Source of the DNA: a virus
Taxonomy: Duplodnaviria; Caudoviricetes
Strand: one strand, 5' to 3'
Virus record (IMG/VR): IMGVR_UViG_3300005805_000090
Location: 1 to 62,426 of that record
DNA length: 62,426 nucleotides
The notes under the pieces are model-generated. The model was not told the origin of the DNA. It saw only the letters and a list, made by a program, of their open reading frames with translations, and did not search any database. Below are positions 11,058-20,755 of the stretch, piece after piece. A program made the translations under genes and the position numbers. Numbering within the stretch: the stretch's first letter is position 1; every line of letters starts with the position of its first letter.

Positions 11058-12335
11058 ATGGGAGTACCAAGCGCAGCAATAGTATACACAGGAGCAGCAG
11101 GTGAGATGCCTGGTTCGGGCAGAGGTGCTGCATATTTTGAGGGTGTTAATATTGATAACACAGTAATAGACAAAGCTCTAGAGGATCTCCGCACGTATGA
11201 AAAAGAAAGAGCAAAAGAGGAGCAAGACAAGAGGAAGGCGTGGGATGACTTAATGCTCGAAGATGTCGATAGTTGGAATGTCGATATGCCTAAGATTGAA
11301 GAAAAGGCAAATGAGTACACCAACTACATCCACAGTCTGATGCAGGACCCTAAAAAAGACCCCCAAAACCTGCCGATAGAGGACCGCAAAAAGATAAATC
11401 AAATGGCCGCAGAGATAAAGAAGATGACCAACGCGGCTAAGACAAACCAAGAGATTTGGAAAAGGGATTCATTAGAGATTAGCAAAAACCCTGATAAATA
11501 CGACCAATTACACGCAACTGATTGGTCGAAAAATTTTATGAATCCCGATCTCACACCTCAACAGAGGCTGGAGTACGCTCAACAAAACAACATATTTAGA
11601 AAAAATGTAAACTTGCTTGATGTTGTTGGAAGCATAGATGATGCGATGAGTGAGGGTGAATATAAAAAGGACGGACAGGCATGGATTGGCAAGGACCCCG
11701 AAGGGTTTAAAAAGGTTTTCAATACCATGTTAAACAATGCGAATTTCAGTCAAGATTATGATTCGCTTTTGTCACAATATGGCGACAAAGACAAGCTCGA
11801 AGCCGCGGCGGTTGATATGTTTAAACAAATGAACCCAGGTAAGAAAAGACCGCCGAAACAAACAGGCTCTGGTGGTGGAGATGGAGGTGGTGATAAAAAG
11901 ACAAAAAAGAAAGTTGAAATCATAAGCACAGGGAAGGTAGCGGGTAAAGATTGGGATCAAAACTATTCAATAAATGTTTTATCAGTAGGCAATGACGCCC
12001 CGGCTATTTTCGCTAATAGCAACCCTGTTTACAATGAAAATGGGGAGTTGATACAGGAGTCTATTCCTGTTTCAAATTTTAAGCCTGTAGGTGGTTTTTA
12101 TTTAAAAAAGGGTGGCGCTGTGACAGCAATTGGAACAGGAGAAACCGATGATGGAAAACAAGTAAAGGTAGAGGTCGATTACGACACCAATAAATATAAC
12201 TTCGAGTCTAACGGATATCCAAATATGTTTGATATTTTTAGACAAAAAACAGGCGCTGGATATGGCACAACAAAAGCCAAAACAGAAACAGACGAGGAAG
12301 CAGCCAAAAGAATATTTGAAGAACTTTCAAAATAA
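11058..12335 (+). CDS. Internal virion / ejection protein
   Basis: 425 aa, charged helical N-terminus, Gly/Lys linker; synteny. Confidence 0.55.
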   Translation: MGVPSAAIVYTGAAGEMPGSGRGAAYFEGVNIDNTVIDKALEDLRTYEKERAKEEQDKRKAWDDLMLEDVDSWNVDMPKIEEKANEYTNYIHSLMQDPKKDPQNLPIEDRKKINQMAAEIKKMTNAAKTNQEIWKRDSLEISKNPDKYDQLHATDWSKNFMNPDLTPQQRLEYAQQNNIFRKNVNLLDVVGSIDDAMSEGEYKKDGQAWIGKDPEGFKKVFNTMLNNANFSQDYDSLLSQYGDKDKLEAAAVDMFKQMNPGKKRPPKQTGSGGGDGGGDKKTKKKVEIISTGKVAGKDWDQNYSINVLSVGNDAPAIFANSNPVYNENGELIQESIPVSNFKPVGGFYLKKGGAVTAIGTGETDDGKQVKVEVDYDTNKYNFESNGYPNMFDIFRQKTGAGYGTTKAKTETDEEAAKRIFEELSK

Positions 12336-12344
12336 GAAATAGAA

Positions 12345-15300
12345 ATGCCAGTATCACTAACTCCAGAAGAAAAAGATAAGTTATTAAAAGGGCTTACAAA
12401 ATATGCATCCGAGGGAGCAAATGACGACCAATTGCGTAAGTTCCGAGACGCCTTCATCTCTGAGTTAAAAAAAAAAGGGGGTGGACAACCCGTTTCTGGT
12501 GCGGATGTCGAGCGGCCTGGCAAGCCTTCTGCGCCGAGTTTTGGGCAGAAAGTAGTAAATGAAGCTATTACTGAAGATATTCAGGTCCCCTTAAGAGGCC
12601 AGCAAAAGCCTCCTGTGACCAAAAAGCCATACCAAGATATTTATTATAAACCCGAAGCTCTACCTTCTGAGACAACTCAAACTGTAGAAACTCCGGTTAT
12701 AAAGGCGGCAAAACAAGATTTTAAGCAAACTCAAATAAAGCCTATTGTAAAGCCTCCTGTCACCGAACAGGGGATAAAAGAGCTTGAGCAAGAAATAAAG
12801 CAACCAGATAAAACATTCCTTAAGTTCCAAGATTATCAGACAAGTATTGATGATTTAGATGAGCTTGAAAATCTATACGACGAGGATTTATCTAATTTCC
12901 AATTCAAGTTGAGCAGAAGGCCCGACCTATACGCTAAGTATTCGGGCAGAACTGAACAGGAAACTATTGATTTTTTTAATGCCCTCAACGACCCTAATGA
13001 ACTTAGACGTAATGAGGCGCAGGCACAATTTGATGTAGAAAGAAATGCTTTGTATGAAAATTTTGTAAATGATTATAAATCATTAAAATCAAAGCACGGC
13101 AAAATAGCATCTGAATTGGATGTTATGACCGACGGTTTAACTGATGAATTAGTCAATGAAAAAAATTACAAGAAATTCATGGCCAAAAGAGAGTTTGCTC
13201 TTACGCCAACAGGCGCAGAGACTTCTTTTGGTGAAGTGGTTAATATAGATGAAGTCGATAAAGTTGCCACAGAGGTTGTTGACAATTATGGTTTACCAAC
13301 GGATGGAGATGCTTGGAGGTTGATGAAGAATAAAATCAAGGCTAAAGTATTTAATGAATACATGAAGCCTAGGGTTGAGGAAGAGTTAAAAAGAACCAAA
13401 CCTGATTTATTGGCTAAAAGACAGCAAATATTCGAGGAAGGATTTAAGGTAGATGATGATATATATGCTAAGACTGATGCCGTATTGACAACTCTTCAAA
13501 ATGAATATGAGCAGGAAGCAAAAAAGGAAATGGATTTGATAAATTCAGAGTACGAGGGCAGATCAAAGCAGTTGAATCAAAATTACGAGCAGTACAATAA
13601 AGAAATAGAAAGGCAGCAATTATTGTTGAACAATATGTATAAAGCTGGTCAGATTGACCAACTTGGATATGAGTCTGCATTTAATAAACTAGAGGATGAT
13701 AAGAAAGCATACCATGCAGAATATGAGAAAAACTTCCCAAATTTTGATGAGTATGTAAAGAAATCAAACGAGATAAACTCAAGGTATAATAGAAAATTCG
13801 AAATACAAAAGAAAATTCTTACAGACAAAGCTCAAGCAGAACTTGAGATTGCATATAAAAAATACGCTGAGACATACCAAGAGGACCCTAAGATTCTTGA
13901 GGAATTAAATAATGCATACAAGGAAGCATACGACGCTGTAGCTAAGCGAGACGGTGAAATAATCAAGATGGGGGCATCAATGTCTATGAACCCTGTAAGC
14001 TCGCTATATAACTCAACAATGAGTGCTATGGGCGGAGTATTCAAGGGATGGGGTGGTTCTATTGACAACAAATCTTTAGAACTTCTTGGCGAAACAATGG
14101 AGCAGAACTTTTATATGCCTGCCGCAAAAACCGAAGACTTTTCGGACTGGACAGATCTTCAAAACCTTTCAATGATAACAGGACAGGTTGCGGGATCTAT
14201 GGGACCATCTATGATACCAACGGCAGCAGCAGCAGTCGGAGTCGCTTTTGCAACTGGCGGTCTTGGGCTTCCTGCGTCTGCTACTGTTGTCACTTCAGGA
14301 CTTGCGGGGGCATTAGCTGGGTGGGGGGCTGAAACGATTGACACTGCGGGAAGGGCTTATTTAGATGTTTTTGAAAGAAGCGGCGGTGATGTAGCAAGAG
14401 CAAATGAGGCGGCCAAGCGTTCTGTAAAGTCTCAGTATGACATTATGTGGTCATACTCTTTTGAGGCTCTTCCGTTTATAGGAAAAGCATTGAAGTTTGT
14501 CCCCACACAAGTCGGAAGGATTGGCGTTGGTGCTGCCGTTGAATTGGGCACAGAGTTTACTCAAGAAATTCGTCAGGGTATTGCCGAGGAAAACATAGTG
14601 GAACTTGAAAGAGATCCGTGGACTAATTTTGACGAAGCAATCAATGATGAAAGAAGAAGAAAGCAGACGTTGGTTTCAATAGGTCCTGTAGCAATTATGG
14701 GAGGTGCTGGGCAAATTGGATCTAAATCTATTCAACAGGAAAGAAGGGATGCATATATCGCTCAACAACAAAAGTCGGTTCTTTCCACTGCCTTACCCGA
14801 CCAAAGAAGGCAGTACATACAAAACATGGTCTTTAACAGAAATGGTAAGTTTGCCAATACTGTTATAGCATCATTGTACGCATCAGGAAAGATAGACGAG
14901 AGAGAGTCAGCAAACTTAATGCTTGAAATAAAAAGAGCAGAGCAGATTAAGGAGGCTGGCAAGTCTGCTGGACTTAGCGGCTCAAAACTTAATATTTACG
15001 GATTCTACAGCGCAAGAGCAGAAGAAGCAGAAAGAAATGCAGGCAGGTTTGCAGCAGATCCTATACTCTCCAAGTCTTATCAGGATATGGCAAAGCAATA
15101 TCGCGATGCCGGTGTTGAATTTATGAATGGAGGTTCTCCCGATTTATTAACTTTAACTTATGCAGATGGTTCACAGGCCATGATGCTTCCGGAGGATGTC
15201 AATGCCCTATTTGCCGATCCGATTGCGCTTTCGCTTTTGAATAAAAATGCAATATCAATTGAAGCATATAATGAAAAAGGTGAGGGGCCTAAAATAATTG

Positions 15301-18300
15301 AGGAACTAAAAGGTCGCGCTGAAACATACGCTAAAAAGAACCGATACACTCAGGCGTCCGAGATTGCATCACCAATGCAAACTCTGCGTCAGAATATCAA
15401 CCAAAGGATTAAAGAGCTGTATGCTGAACAAGTTGAGTTAACTGAAAAACAAAAGCGGCAAGAAGCCGAAAGAATAACACAAGAAGAAACCGCTGCTTTT
15501 GAACAAAAAGAGAAAGAGCGTCAACAAGAAGAGCGAGGTCAGAGAGATATTGAGATAGAGAGATTGCAACAACAACGGATGGCAATAGGCGTTAATGATA
15601 TTGATGCTTTCTTTAGTGATATGAAGCCACTTGTTGCAACTACGGTTGAACGATTGGAGCAAGGGAAAAACGCTCCACAGAGCGCTATAAAAGTTGCATC
15701 TGATTATTTATACGCTAAATATAAGGAGTTGACAGCAATGAAGTCCGACCCTAACCGGATGATGACCATTGCTCAGATTGAGTCTGTACAAGCTCAGATA
15801 GAACAAGATTTACAAACCTTGGCGGGAAATCCTCCGTCACAAAAAATACAAGTCAATGATCAAGAAAACATCCAAGGGGTATCAGGTGAAGTCGGAGTCG
15901 GGCAAGAACCTGTCGAAACCCAACCTATCGAAGTCCCAAGCACAGAAGAGGCTCCGGCAGGTGGAATACTTCAAGCACAAGGGCAAGAAGAAGTAGTAAC
16001 CCCACAGGTTACAGAAGAACCCGCCCCTAAGCCAGCCCGTAAGACTCGACTTGCCAAGATGTTTGGTGAGGAAGGGGAAGGGGAAACTACTGTGAAGATT
16101 TCCGAAACTGCACCCGCTGTAAGAAGGGTTGGTGCTGTTGAGGCTTCAGAGGGAAGTAACGAAGACGCCGGAATTGAAAGCGCACTTGAAGGTGTTGGAC
16201 TGGACGAAACTAAACTTGAAGATTGGAAGAGAAAAAATAAAGCTCCAAGCAAGAAGGGTAGGATTGAAGAGTTAACACAAGCCGTTCGCGACTTGATGTC
16301 TGGAAAGATTAAGTTCAAGGAATACTACGAAAAGGCCAAGCAACTAATCCCATCGAAATCGATGGAAAAAGTCCCTACTCCTGCTTCATTTGAGGAGGTT
16401 GTAGGTTCTATCGACAAGAATAAGTTGAAGATTGGTATCATAAATCTCAACAAATTTGTCAAAAAGGGCATGAATGTGGGCTTGAGAATTGATATTCCCG
16501 CATTCAATAATTTTGGAAAGAATGTAGTCACTGTTCATGATAGGACGGGTTCAGGTCAACCTGTTATTGGATATGGATCAACGGGTTCTATAAGTAATGT
16601 AAAATTCAGGACGAGTGTATCAACCGCCGCAAAAATTGGTGCTGGAGAGCAAAAGTCAGCGTTTGCTATGGCTGAAGGACAGTGGATGGACGAATCGCCG
16701 GAAAGCATTCAAAAGAGAGCAGAGGAAGCATTGAACTCGCCTGAATGGGTGCAAGTAGGCATGAACCCCACACGTAATAGCTTCTTCTTCGACAAGGCTG
16801 ACGGCAACCCGGTTGTTGCAGCGGATGAAGTTCTTCAAGTCGGAAACCTTGTTTTGGCAAAGAATCCTCAGAAGATTGACCTTAACACCAAAGAGGGCAT
16901 GGCGCAGTTTGAAAAGCAATTCAGCGCCAAGACAAAAGAGGGTGTTACATATCAGTACAGGACAAGTAAGCCATCACCAGGTGAGCGCATTGGAAAGATA
17001 TTTGAAACATCCGATGGCGAAGAAGCTGTTCCTTTAATTGAACAGGCTCTTTCTGAAAGCGGTATAAAAGTAGAGGTTAAGAATGATGCTGACTACAATA
17101 ATGATGACCGTATAAAACTTAGTCAGGGTAGTGGTTCAGAAGGTATGTTTGTGGCCGATGATGGAACTATTATCTTAAATCGAGATAAAATTAAGGGTGA
17201 GTGGGGTAAAACTATTGTATTCCACGAGGGTATTCACCCTGTAATAAATATCATCCGGAACACCGATCCAAAGCGATACAGAGCAATCGTAGATGGACTC
17301 AAGGAAGAGGCTGCGAGAAACACTGAGGTTGCTAAAGCCGCTGCCGACATTGCCGCTTCTGAGGAGTATCAAAGAAGAGGTCCTGAGAGCATTGAAGACG
17401 AGACCATTGTTGAGACTATGGCTCGTGTGGCTACTGGCGATGTTGATATCAACACATTCAAGCCTTCGTTCCGTGAGAAGTTCATTGAGTTCATGAACGA
17501 TATAGCTAAGGTATTTGGAATAAGACGTATTGCCTTAAACTCTCAACGAATGGAAGTGAAGCGTTTGGCTGATCAGATCAACAAAATGCTGAATGAGGGC
17601 GGTAAGGTTAGTGATGTTGTAGGGAAGAAGAATGTAAAAGAATTCCAGAACAAGATAATTTTAGATGATACAAACTCTGTTTTTTCAAACACAAGCTCTC
17701 AAGCCAGATTTGAAATGAGGTTTTTGGAAGACTCCGAAGACTTTGCTAAATTGATAGAAGAAGGGCGTGTAGTTCACAATGCAAGTTTAGATGACATAAA
17801 CGGAGAAACTGTTGTTATTCATAATCCAGACAACTTTTCAACTGGGGATATTAAGTTTAGGGGGAAAGATCTTGTAAAGGGTGAAGGCGGTGTTTATTTT
17901 GTTTTGTTGTACAATGATGTATGGGCCTCTGGTAAAAAATCAAGCGCATCACAATTAGCCGCTTTGATAAATGAATCATTACAAAAATCAACTGATGGTA
18001 AGGGTCGATTGGTTTTAGTAAAAGGAGATGCAAGTAAGAATCTAACGAGCGTTAAAGGGGCCAAGGCCCTTATGGGCGTTATGGAGATTTTGGCAGACGA
18101 CGGCTTGATTCCACTGAGTGCTTTTAGAAAAGCATTGAACATTGCTGGAAAGAAGTACGGCATCAATTTCGACGGAAGAAACGATGCTAAATCTATACAC
18201 AAGGATATTCAGGATAAATTTATGAACGTATCTAATTCATCTTTTGAAAGAAGAGGTGATTTCGTTCGTGATGTAATTGATGCTATAGCTGATCAAAATG

Positions 18301-20252
18301 TATTATCTAAGGAAGCTATAGCGGAAATCGCTGAATCTATTGGTGCTAAAAGGAAAATGACTACATTCTCTAAAGCAAGCATCCTTGATTCTGTTGCTTA
18401 TGCGACTAGCGAAAGAATGCTCAGAGACATTCCTAATTCTCATGTATACGCTGTAATAGAAACATCCTCAAAGGTAAAACCTGAATTCATAGGTAAGCAT
18501 GAGTCTTATCCATGGCATATAGTTACTGAAGATGGAAGCAAGCCTATTCTTTATATACTTAAAGACAGACCATTTTATAATGATGCGTTTGTAGCTGCTA
18601 AAAGCACTGAGAAAGTAAAAGAAGGGGAAAGGTTTGGTGACATTAGTCGAGCTGGATTGGCGCAAAGAGGTATGGGACTTGCTAAAGTGGATACCAAGAC
18701 GGCTGGCCAACCATCCATAGACATCAAGCGCACTGGTAAATATGAAGCACTGCCCGGTGCGCCAACGCTCAAAGATGCCACCGGTCCTATTCCCGAACTT
18801 GTTGACGTGGCTGAAAGTTATGCTAAGAAGTTTGGAGTACCATATACCCGTCAGGCTGAGTACGTGCAAGTAGACGAGGATTTTGCAAAGAGTATTGCCA
18901 AGGCTTACGAAGAGATGAAGCATAATCCCACTGATCCTAAGGTGAAGGAGGCTTATGATGATTTAATTCGTCAAACGACTGACCAATACAACGCCCTTAC
19001 GGAGGCTGGATATGAATTCACATTCTTTGACGGCGAGACTGATCCGTATAATGGAAATCCCGTAGATGCAATGCGTGACTTACGAGCCAATAAGAAAATG
19101 GCCGTATATGGAACATACGCTGGATACGGAACGGGAAGTGAACTCAATATTGGACTTGACGATCCATCGGGAGGTCCAAGGCTTAGCGTAGATGAGGTTT
19201 TGAAGGCCGTAAAGAAAGCCGGAGGAGAAGTAATCAGCAGTTCTGTTTACGCTTCAGACACGGAGCCTACGCTTGTTGTTAAACTCAAGACAAAACTTGA
19301 CGATAAGTCGGCAACTAAACTTTCAACGGATCTTGGCCAGGAATCTATTGCTCAAAGATTTGATGATGAAACAGGCAAAATTCATGGTCCACAGGCTGAA
19401 AAATGGGGAGAATTTGATCCCAAGTTTTTTATAACCTCAGACGGAAGAAGGGCGTCAGAAACTTCAAACCCAATGCTTGAGGACACGGGATTGCAGTGGC
19501 CTGATCAAAACGGCGAAATGCATAAGGTTACTGCCAATGATTTGTTCCGAGCAGTCTACGATGCGTTTGGTCACGGGTTGGAAGGTGCTGGCTTTAGAGC
19601 AAGAGGAGAGGAGAATGCATGGCAGGCTCATGCTCGATTGTTTACTGGACCAGCCGTGGCTGCGATTACAACTGAAACACGAGGTCAGAACAGTTGGTTG
19701 AATTACGGTCCTTATGGCGAACAAAACAGAAAGGCAAAGGTTCAAGACACCATCTTTGCAGAGCAGAAAACAGGGCTGATGCCTGAGTGGACTTGGACAG
19801 AGAATGTGGCGCCACCAATGGAGGAGTCTAAGGAAGGCGTTAAGGGGCAGCCATCAATGGTGAAGCGTACTCCAGCCCAGATCAGACAAGCCGTAGAAGA
19901 TGGGGTAGACGCAGTTGAGGAGGCAATTGCTGATGGCATGGATCCACAGCAGGCTGTTGACGAGAACATTTCAAATCAGGATTGGTATGGCGATTTGAGT
20001 GCCACTCAAAAAGAACAACTGAATGAAATTCTTCAGGACGAGTTTGGAGTTACGGCGAGTGAACCTAAACTACAGAACAATGCCCAGCGTGTAGCTGATC
20101 TTTGGGAAAAGGGTGGAAAAGAAGCTAAGGCGGAGATTAAGAACATTTTGGAGACTGACCCTGAACTTTCGTACATTTACAACAATTTCCCGAAGATAAC
20201 TAAGCAGTTACAGGAACAGGGATTGTTGACTAAAACAGAGAATTGTCCATGA
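12345..20252 (+). CDS. Giant polyvalent internal virion protein
   Basis: 2635 aa; coiled coils, hydrophobic Gly/Ala segment, zincin motif VFHEGIHP with downstream E, and an NDLFRAVYDAFGH...RGEENAW...ETRGQNSW domain. Confidence 0.7.
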   Translation: MPVSLTPEEKDKLLKGLTKYASEGANDDQLRKFRDAFISELKKKGGGQPVSGADVERPGKPSAPSFGQKVVNEAITEDIQVPLRGQQKPPVTKKPYQDIYYKPEALPSETTQTVETPVIKAAKQDFKQTQIKPIVKPPVTEQGIKELEQEIKQPDKTFLKFQDYQTSIDDLDELENLYDEDLSNFQFKLSRRPDLYAKYSGRTEQETIDFFNALNDPNELRRNEAQAQFDVERNALYENFVNDYKSLKSKHGKIASELDVMTDGLTDELVNEKNYKKFMAKREFALTPTGAETSFGEVVNIDEVDKVATEVVDNYGLPTDGDAWRLMKNKIKAKVFNEYMKPRVEEELKRTKPDLLAKRQQIFEEGFKVDDDIYAKTDAVLTTLQNEYEQEAKKEMDLINSEYEGRSKQLNQNYEQYNKEIERQQLLLNNMYKAGQIDQLGYESAFNKLEDDKKAYHAEYEKNFPNFDEYVKKSNEINSRYNRKFEIQKKILTDKAQAELEIAYKKYAETYQEDPKILEELNNAYKEAYDAVAKRDGEIIKMGASMSMNPVSSLYNSTMSAMGGVFKGWGGSIDNKSLELLGETMEQNFYMPAAKTEDFSDWTDLQNLSMITGQVAGSMGPSMIPTAAAAVGVAFATGGLGLPASATVVTSGLAGALAGWGAETIDTAGRAYLDVFERSGGDVARANEAAKRSVKSQYDIMWSYSFEALPFIGKALKFVPTQVGRIGVGAAVELGTEFTQEIRQGIAEENIVELERDPWTNFDEAINDERRRKQTLVSIGPVAIMGGAGQIGSKSIQQERRDAYIAQQQKSVLSTALPDQRRQYIQNMVFNRNGKFANTVIASLYASGKIDERESANLMLEIKRAEQIKEAGKSAGLSGSKLNIYGFYSARAEEAERNAGRFAADPILSKSYQDMAKQYRDAGVEFMNGGSPDLLTLTYADGSQAMMLPEDVNALFADPIALSLLNKNAISIEAYNEKGEGPKIIEELKGRAETYAKKNRYTQASEIASPMQTLRQNINQRIKELYAEQVELTEKQKRQEAERITQEETAAFEQKEKERQQEERGQRDIEIERLQQQRMAIGVNDIDAFFSDMKPLVATTVERLEQGKNAPQSAIKVASDYLYAKYKELTAMKSDPNRMMTIAQIESVQAQIEQDLQTLAGNPPSQKIQVNDQENIQGVSGEVGVGQEPVETQPIEVPSTEEAPAGGILQAQGQEEVVTPQVTEEPAPKPARKTRLAKMFGEEGEGETTVKISETAPAVRRVGAVEASEGSNEDAGIESALEGVGLDETKLEDWKRKNKAPSKKGRIEELTQAVRDLMSGKIKFKEYYEKAKQLIPSKSMEKVPTPASFEEVVGSIDKNKLKIGIINLNKFVKKGMNVGLRIDIPAFNNFGKNVVTVHDRTGSGQPVIGYGSTGSISNVKFRTSVSTAAKIGAGEQKSAFAMAEGQWMDESPESIQKRAEEALNSPEWVQVGMNPTRNSFFFDKADGNPVVAADEVLQVGNLVLAKNPQKIDLNTKEGMAQFEKQFSAKTKEGVTYQYRTSKPSPGERIGKIFETSDGEEAVPLIEQALSESGIKVEVKNDADYNNDDRIKLSQGSGSEGMFVADDGTIILNRDKIKGEWGKTIVFHEGIHPVINIIRNTDPKRYRAIVDGLKEEAARNTEVAKAAADIAASEEYQRRGPESIEDETIVETMARVATGDVDINTFKPSFREKFIEFMNDIAKVFGIRRIALNSQRMEVKRLADQINKMLNEGGKVSDVVGKKNVKEFQNKIILDDTNSVFSNTSSQARFEMRFLEDSEDFAKLIEEGRVVHNASLDDINGETVVIHNPDNFSTGDIKFRGKDLVKGEGGVYFVLLYNDVWASGKKSSASQLAALINESLQKSTDGKGRLVLVKGDASKNLTSVKGAKALMGVMEILADDGLIPLSAFRKALNIAGKKYGINFDGRNDAKSIHKDIQDKFMNVSNSSFERRGDFVRDVIDAIADQNVLSKEAIAEIAESIGAKRKMTTFSKASILDSVAYATSERMLRDIPNSHVYAVIETSSKVKPEFIGKHESYPWHIVTEDGSKPILYILKDRPFYNDAFVAAKSTEKVKEGERFGDISRAGLAQRGMGLAKVDTKTAGQPSIDIKRTGKYEALPGAPTLKDATGPIPELVDVAESYAKKFGVPYTRQAEYVQVDEDFAKSIAKAYEEMKHNPTDPKVKEAYDDLIRQTTDQYNALTEAGYEFTFFDGETDPYNGNPVDAMRDLRANKKMAVYGTYAGYGTGSELNIGLDDPSGGPRLSVDEVLKAVKKAGGEVISSSVYASDTEPTLVVKLKTKLDDKSATKLSTDLGQESIAQRFDDETGKIHGPQAEKWGEFDPKFFITSDGRRASETSNPMLEDTGLQWPDQNGEMHKVTANDLFRAVYDAFGHGLEGAGFRARGEENAWQAHARLFTGPAVAAITTETRGQNSWLNYGPYGEQNRKAKVQDTIFAEQKTGLMPEWTWTENVAPPMEESKEGVKGQPSMVKRTPAQIRQAVEDGVDAVEEAIADGMDPQQAVDENISNQDWYGDLSATQKEQLNEILQDEFGVTASEPKLQNNAQRVADLWEKGGKEAKAEIKNILETDPELSYIYNNFPKITKQLQEQGLLTKTENCP

Positions 20253-20755
20253 TGACACCTAATAAACTCGATAAGAAAGCCGTTGATCTACTCATCCCGC
20301 GAATGAAGGATGAGTACAACGCATTTTACTTCTACCGTGCCGCCAGCAACTGGTGTCAGGGTGTTGGTTTTTTCCAAGCCGCCAAGTTCTTTGCTGCTGA
20401 ATCGCAGGACGAGCTTGAACACGCAAAGAAGATTGAGGATTACATCACCGACTGGAATGTGATTCCGGAACTTCCTACAGTGGCTCGCCCACAACTAGAA
20501 TTTTCTAGCATCGTAGAAGTTTTGGAAGAGGCTTACAAAATCGAGTATGACTTGTACGAGGCTTACGAGGAGACGTCGAAGAAACTTTTCGAGATTGACC
20601 TGTGCGTGTTTGACTTTCTCCAACCATTGCGGTTGATACAGAACAAGTCTGTTGCTGAGTACAGCGACAAACTTAACCTGCTCGAAGGAGTAGAGGGTAC
20701 TGATAAGTTCAAAGCACTGTTGTTGGAAGAAAAGTTATTCCCCGTAAATGGCTAA
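20249..20755 (+). CDS. Ferritin-like di-iron protein (non-heme ferritin type)
   Basis: DEYNAFYFY...AAKFF..ESQDELEHAKKI...KIE...FLQ..RLIQ ferroxidase-like residues; ATGA overlap with the giant gene. Confidence 0.85.
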   Translation: MMTPNKLDKKAVDLLIPRMKDEYNAFYFYRAASNWCQGVGFFQAAKFFAAESQDELEHAKKIEDYITDWNVIPELPTVARPQLEFSSIVEVLEEAYKIEYDLYEAYEETSKKLFEIDLCVFDFLQPLRLIQNKSVAEYSDKLNLLEGVEGTDKFKALLLEEKLFPVNG

